DNA of 20,000 nucleotides. Origin: Saprolegnia diclina VS20 (lineage: Eukaryota). Below the pieces are notes generated by a model, which was not told the DNA's origin, did not search any database, and saw only the letters and a program-made list of their open reading frames with translations. Shown in pieces: positions 18,135 to 20,000 of the stretch; positions within the stretch are counted from its first letter, which is position 1; each line of letters starts with the position of its first letter. The position numbers and the translations under genes were made by a program. The stretch spans positions 331,337 to 351,336 of the forward strand of contig NW_008246078.1 in NCBI RefSeq assembly GCF_000281045.1. Reading direction: 5' to 3'.

Positions 18135-18701
18135 CGCGTCGGGCAAGCGAATTGGATTCTGTCGATATTTTGTTTTGAAACAGAATATGCAAAACAGAGT
18201 GTAAAACAGCGTCTCGAGTCCAAATTTCCACGAGGCAGGAGTCGAGGCCGCGCGATCGGCCCGATGAAGAAAAAATGAAATGTCGCCACAAGTTGGCCCA
18301 GCGATAGAACAGGCTTTGGGGAGCACAACGCGCTATACTGCGTCTTCGGTGGCGACGTCTGGTACGAGCAATGCTCCGAACCAGTAATATTGGCATACGC
18401 CACTTGAACCACATATAGCCACGTTTAATCGTATTAGGTTCCCGTGGAGCCGACGCAAACCCACCGATCGTCTCGTGGGACTGCAACTCTTGCTTCTATA
18501 CCGACAGAAAAGTATATGTACGCGCATGTCGACAGACCACGCCAGTGTTGCGACCACCTGAAGCAGGGTGCGTCGGTGTCATGAACCCTAGCCCGCATGG
18601 CCATGCTGCGACGGTGCAGGACCCGCAACATCTTTTCAACAAACAACGACACTGCATTACCATCCACCTTAGCGATATGATGAACGCTGCGAAAGTATGG
18701 C

Positions 18702-20000
18702 TTAGCACGCGGGCTTGGCGCGGCTCTTGATCTCGACCGAGTCAAAGATGGTCGTGGTTTCGCCGTTTGCGCGGTAGTAGATGGTCAACTTGTCGTTGTC
18801 GGCGACGAGGCGCGACGCACCGTAGAGCGAGCTCGACGTCGACTTGGACCACGTGGGCATCGGCGAGATCGCGCCCTGGTAGAGGCCGTGGCCACCGGTA
18901 CCGACGGTAAAGTACACCGGGGCACCGTCCGTGACCTTGTTCTTGTAGATGGGCGCCGTGCGCTCGTACGCGTGCACGTGGCCGGCAATGACAGCGTCGA
19001 CGCCGTGCTTGGCGTAAATGTCTTCGATCTTGCCCTGGAGTGCGCAGTGCGGTTCGTCGCGGACGTCGCCGAGCTTGCCGCCGGTGGCCGTCGAGTTCAT
19101 GTAGTAGTTGCCCTTCCAGCACGACTCGACGTCCGGGATCTCAAACTTGACCGACGAGCACTGGCACTGGTGCTTGCCCCACGAGTTGTAGTACGGGTTA
19201 TGCTTGAAGACAACGACGAACGGCGTCGTCTCGCGGTTGACGGCCGCGAGGTCCGTCTTGAGCCAGTCGAGCTGCGCCTGGCGGTGCGTGAACCAATACT
19301 CGGAGCCAATGTTGTCGGCGCCGAGGATACCCGTGTAGTCGTCGAGGAAGACAGCGTGGATGTTGCCGACGTTGGCCGAATACCACGTGCGGTGGTCCTT
19401 GTTGGCCTCGTCCGTGATCGGCGTCACGATGCGGTTGCTGTACGCCGTGTACATCTCGGCCGCGCACTCGGGGCGGTCGTAGAGGACACCATCGCCCTCA
19501 ATGACCTCATGGTTGCCGTTGATGCCGAGGAGCGGCGTCTTGGAGAAGAGCGGCTGCGTCGCCTCGAGCCACTTGTCCCAGTCTTCGTGGCAGCCGTTGG
19601 CGTACGACCAGTCGCCCGCAATGATGACCGCATCCGGCGTCGTACCCTTGAGCTCGGCACCGAGGTTGGCAATCGTGTCCTGGATATGTTCAATGCCCAC
19701 GTCACCGACGACCGAGAGGACGGTCTTCTTGCCGGCGGCTGGCACCGTCTTGAAGCTACCACTGTACTCCTGGACAGCGTAGTTGAACTTGGTGTCCGCC
19801 GGGAGGTTGCAGAGCTTGGCCGTGTGGAAGTTGGGCGACGTGTACTTGTACTTGCCGCCATCAACCTTGTACGTGTTGACAGTCGTCGTCACCGACTTGT
19901 CGGTCGCACCCGCACCGTACTTGAGCGTCAACGGGGTCGTCACGTCACTGGCAAATGCGATGGTGATGCCGTCCTTGCAGCCGACAGCTTCGGACGAGAG
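18702..20000 (-). CDS. Purple acid phosphatase paralogue (5'-truncated by the window end)
   Basis: Frame is open from 20000 (LSSEAVGCKDG...) to TAA at 18702. Motifs GDVG, GDWSY, GNHE, VFKH, GHVH. Colinear with and highly similar to 15900-17276. Confidence 0.92.
   Translation of the reverse strand, partial: LSSEAVGCKDGITIAFASDVTTPLTLKYGAGATDKSVTTTVNTYKVDGGKYKYTSPNFHTAKLCNLPADTKFNYAVQEYSGSFKTVPAAGKKTVLSVVGDVGIEHIQDTIANLGAELKGTTPDAVIIAGDWSYANGCHEDWDKWLEATQPLFSKTPLLGINGNHEVIEGDGVLYDRPECAAEMYTAYSNRIVTPITDEANKDHRTWYSANVGNIHAVFLDDYTGILGADNIGSEYWFTHRQAQLDWLKTDLAAVNRETTPFVVVFKHNPYYNSWGKHQCQCSSVKFEIPDVESCWKGNYYMNSTATGGKLGDVRDEPHCALQGKIEDIYAKHGVDAVIAGHVHAYERTAPIYKNKVTDGAPVYFTVGTGGHGLYQGAISPMPTWSKSTSSSLYGASRLVADNDKLTIYYRANGETTTIFDSVEIKSRAKPAC

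Noticed and set aside
1..20000. CRISPR arrays, tRNA/rRNA genes, intact transposases or prokaryotic operons
   Set aside because: None seen; the window is intron-containing eukaryotic sequence.

Overview
Eukaryotic, GC-rich, gene-dense DNA with many very short introns (40-64 nt) and oomycete-type INR/FPR and CCAAT promoter motifs. It is most likely a saprolegnialean oomycete (inference from sequence style only). Manual splicing gives, in order: the 3' end of a membrane protein; SUMO E2 UBC9; a 14-exon ankyrin-repeat protein with only phase-0 introns; a fungal His4/His7-type HisIE enzyme with a probable GC-AG intron; complex III subunit QCR9; an 11-exon, ~730-aa protein with four tandem thioredoxin-like domains; an EBP/EXPERA sterol-isomerase-like protein; a 70-aa spliced membrane microprotein; and two convergent purple acid phosphatase paralogues flanking a hypothetical gene. 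The most striking observation is that the four-thioredoxin protein ends in a flexible linker plus FVLDDDF-stop. This closely resembles the C-terminal R1-docking heptapeptide of class I ribonucleotide reductase small subunits. Its promoter also carries six CCAAT boxes and an E2F-like site, so it may be an undescribed RNR-docking redox partner or regulator. All gene models are by-eye and unverified by transcripts or searches.
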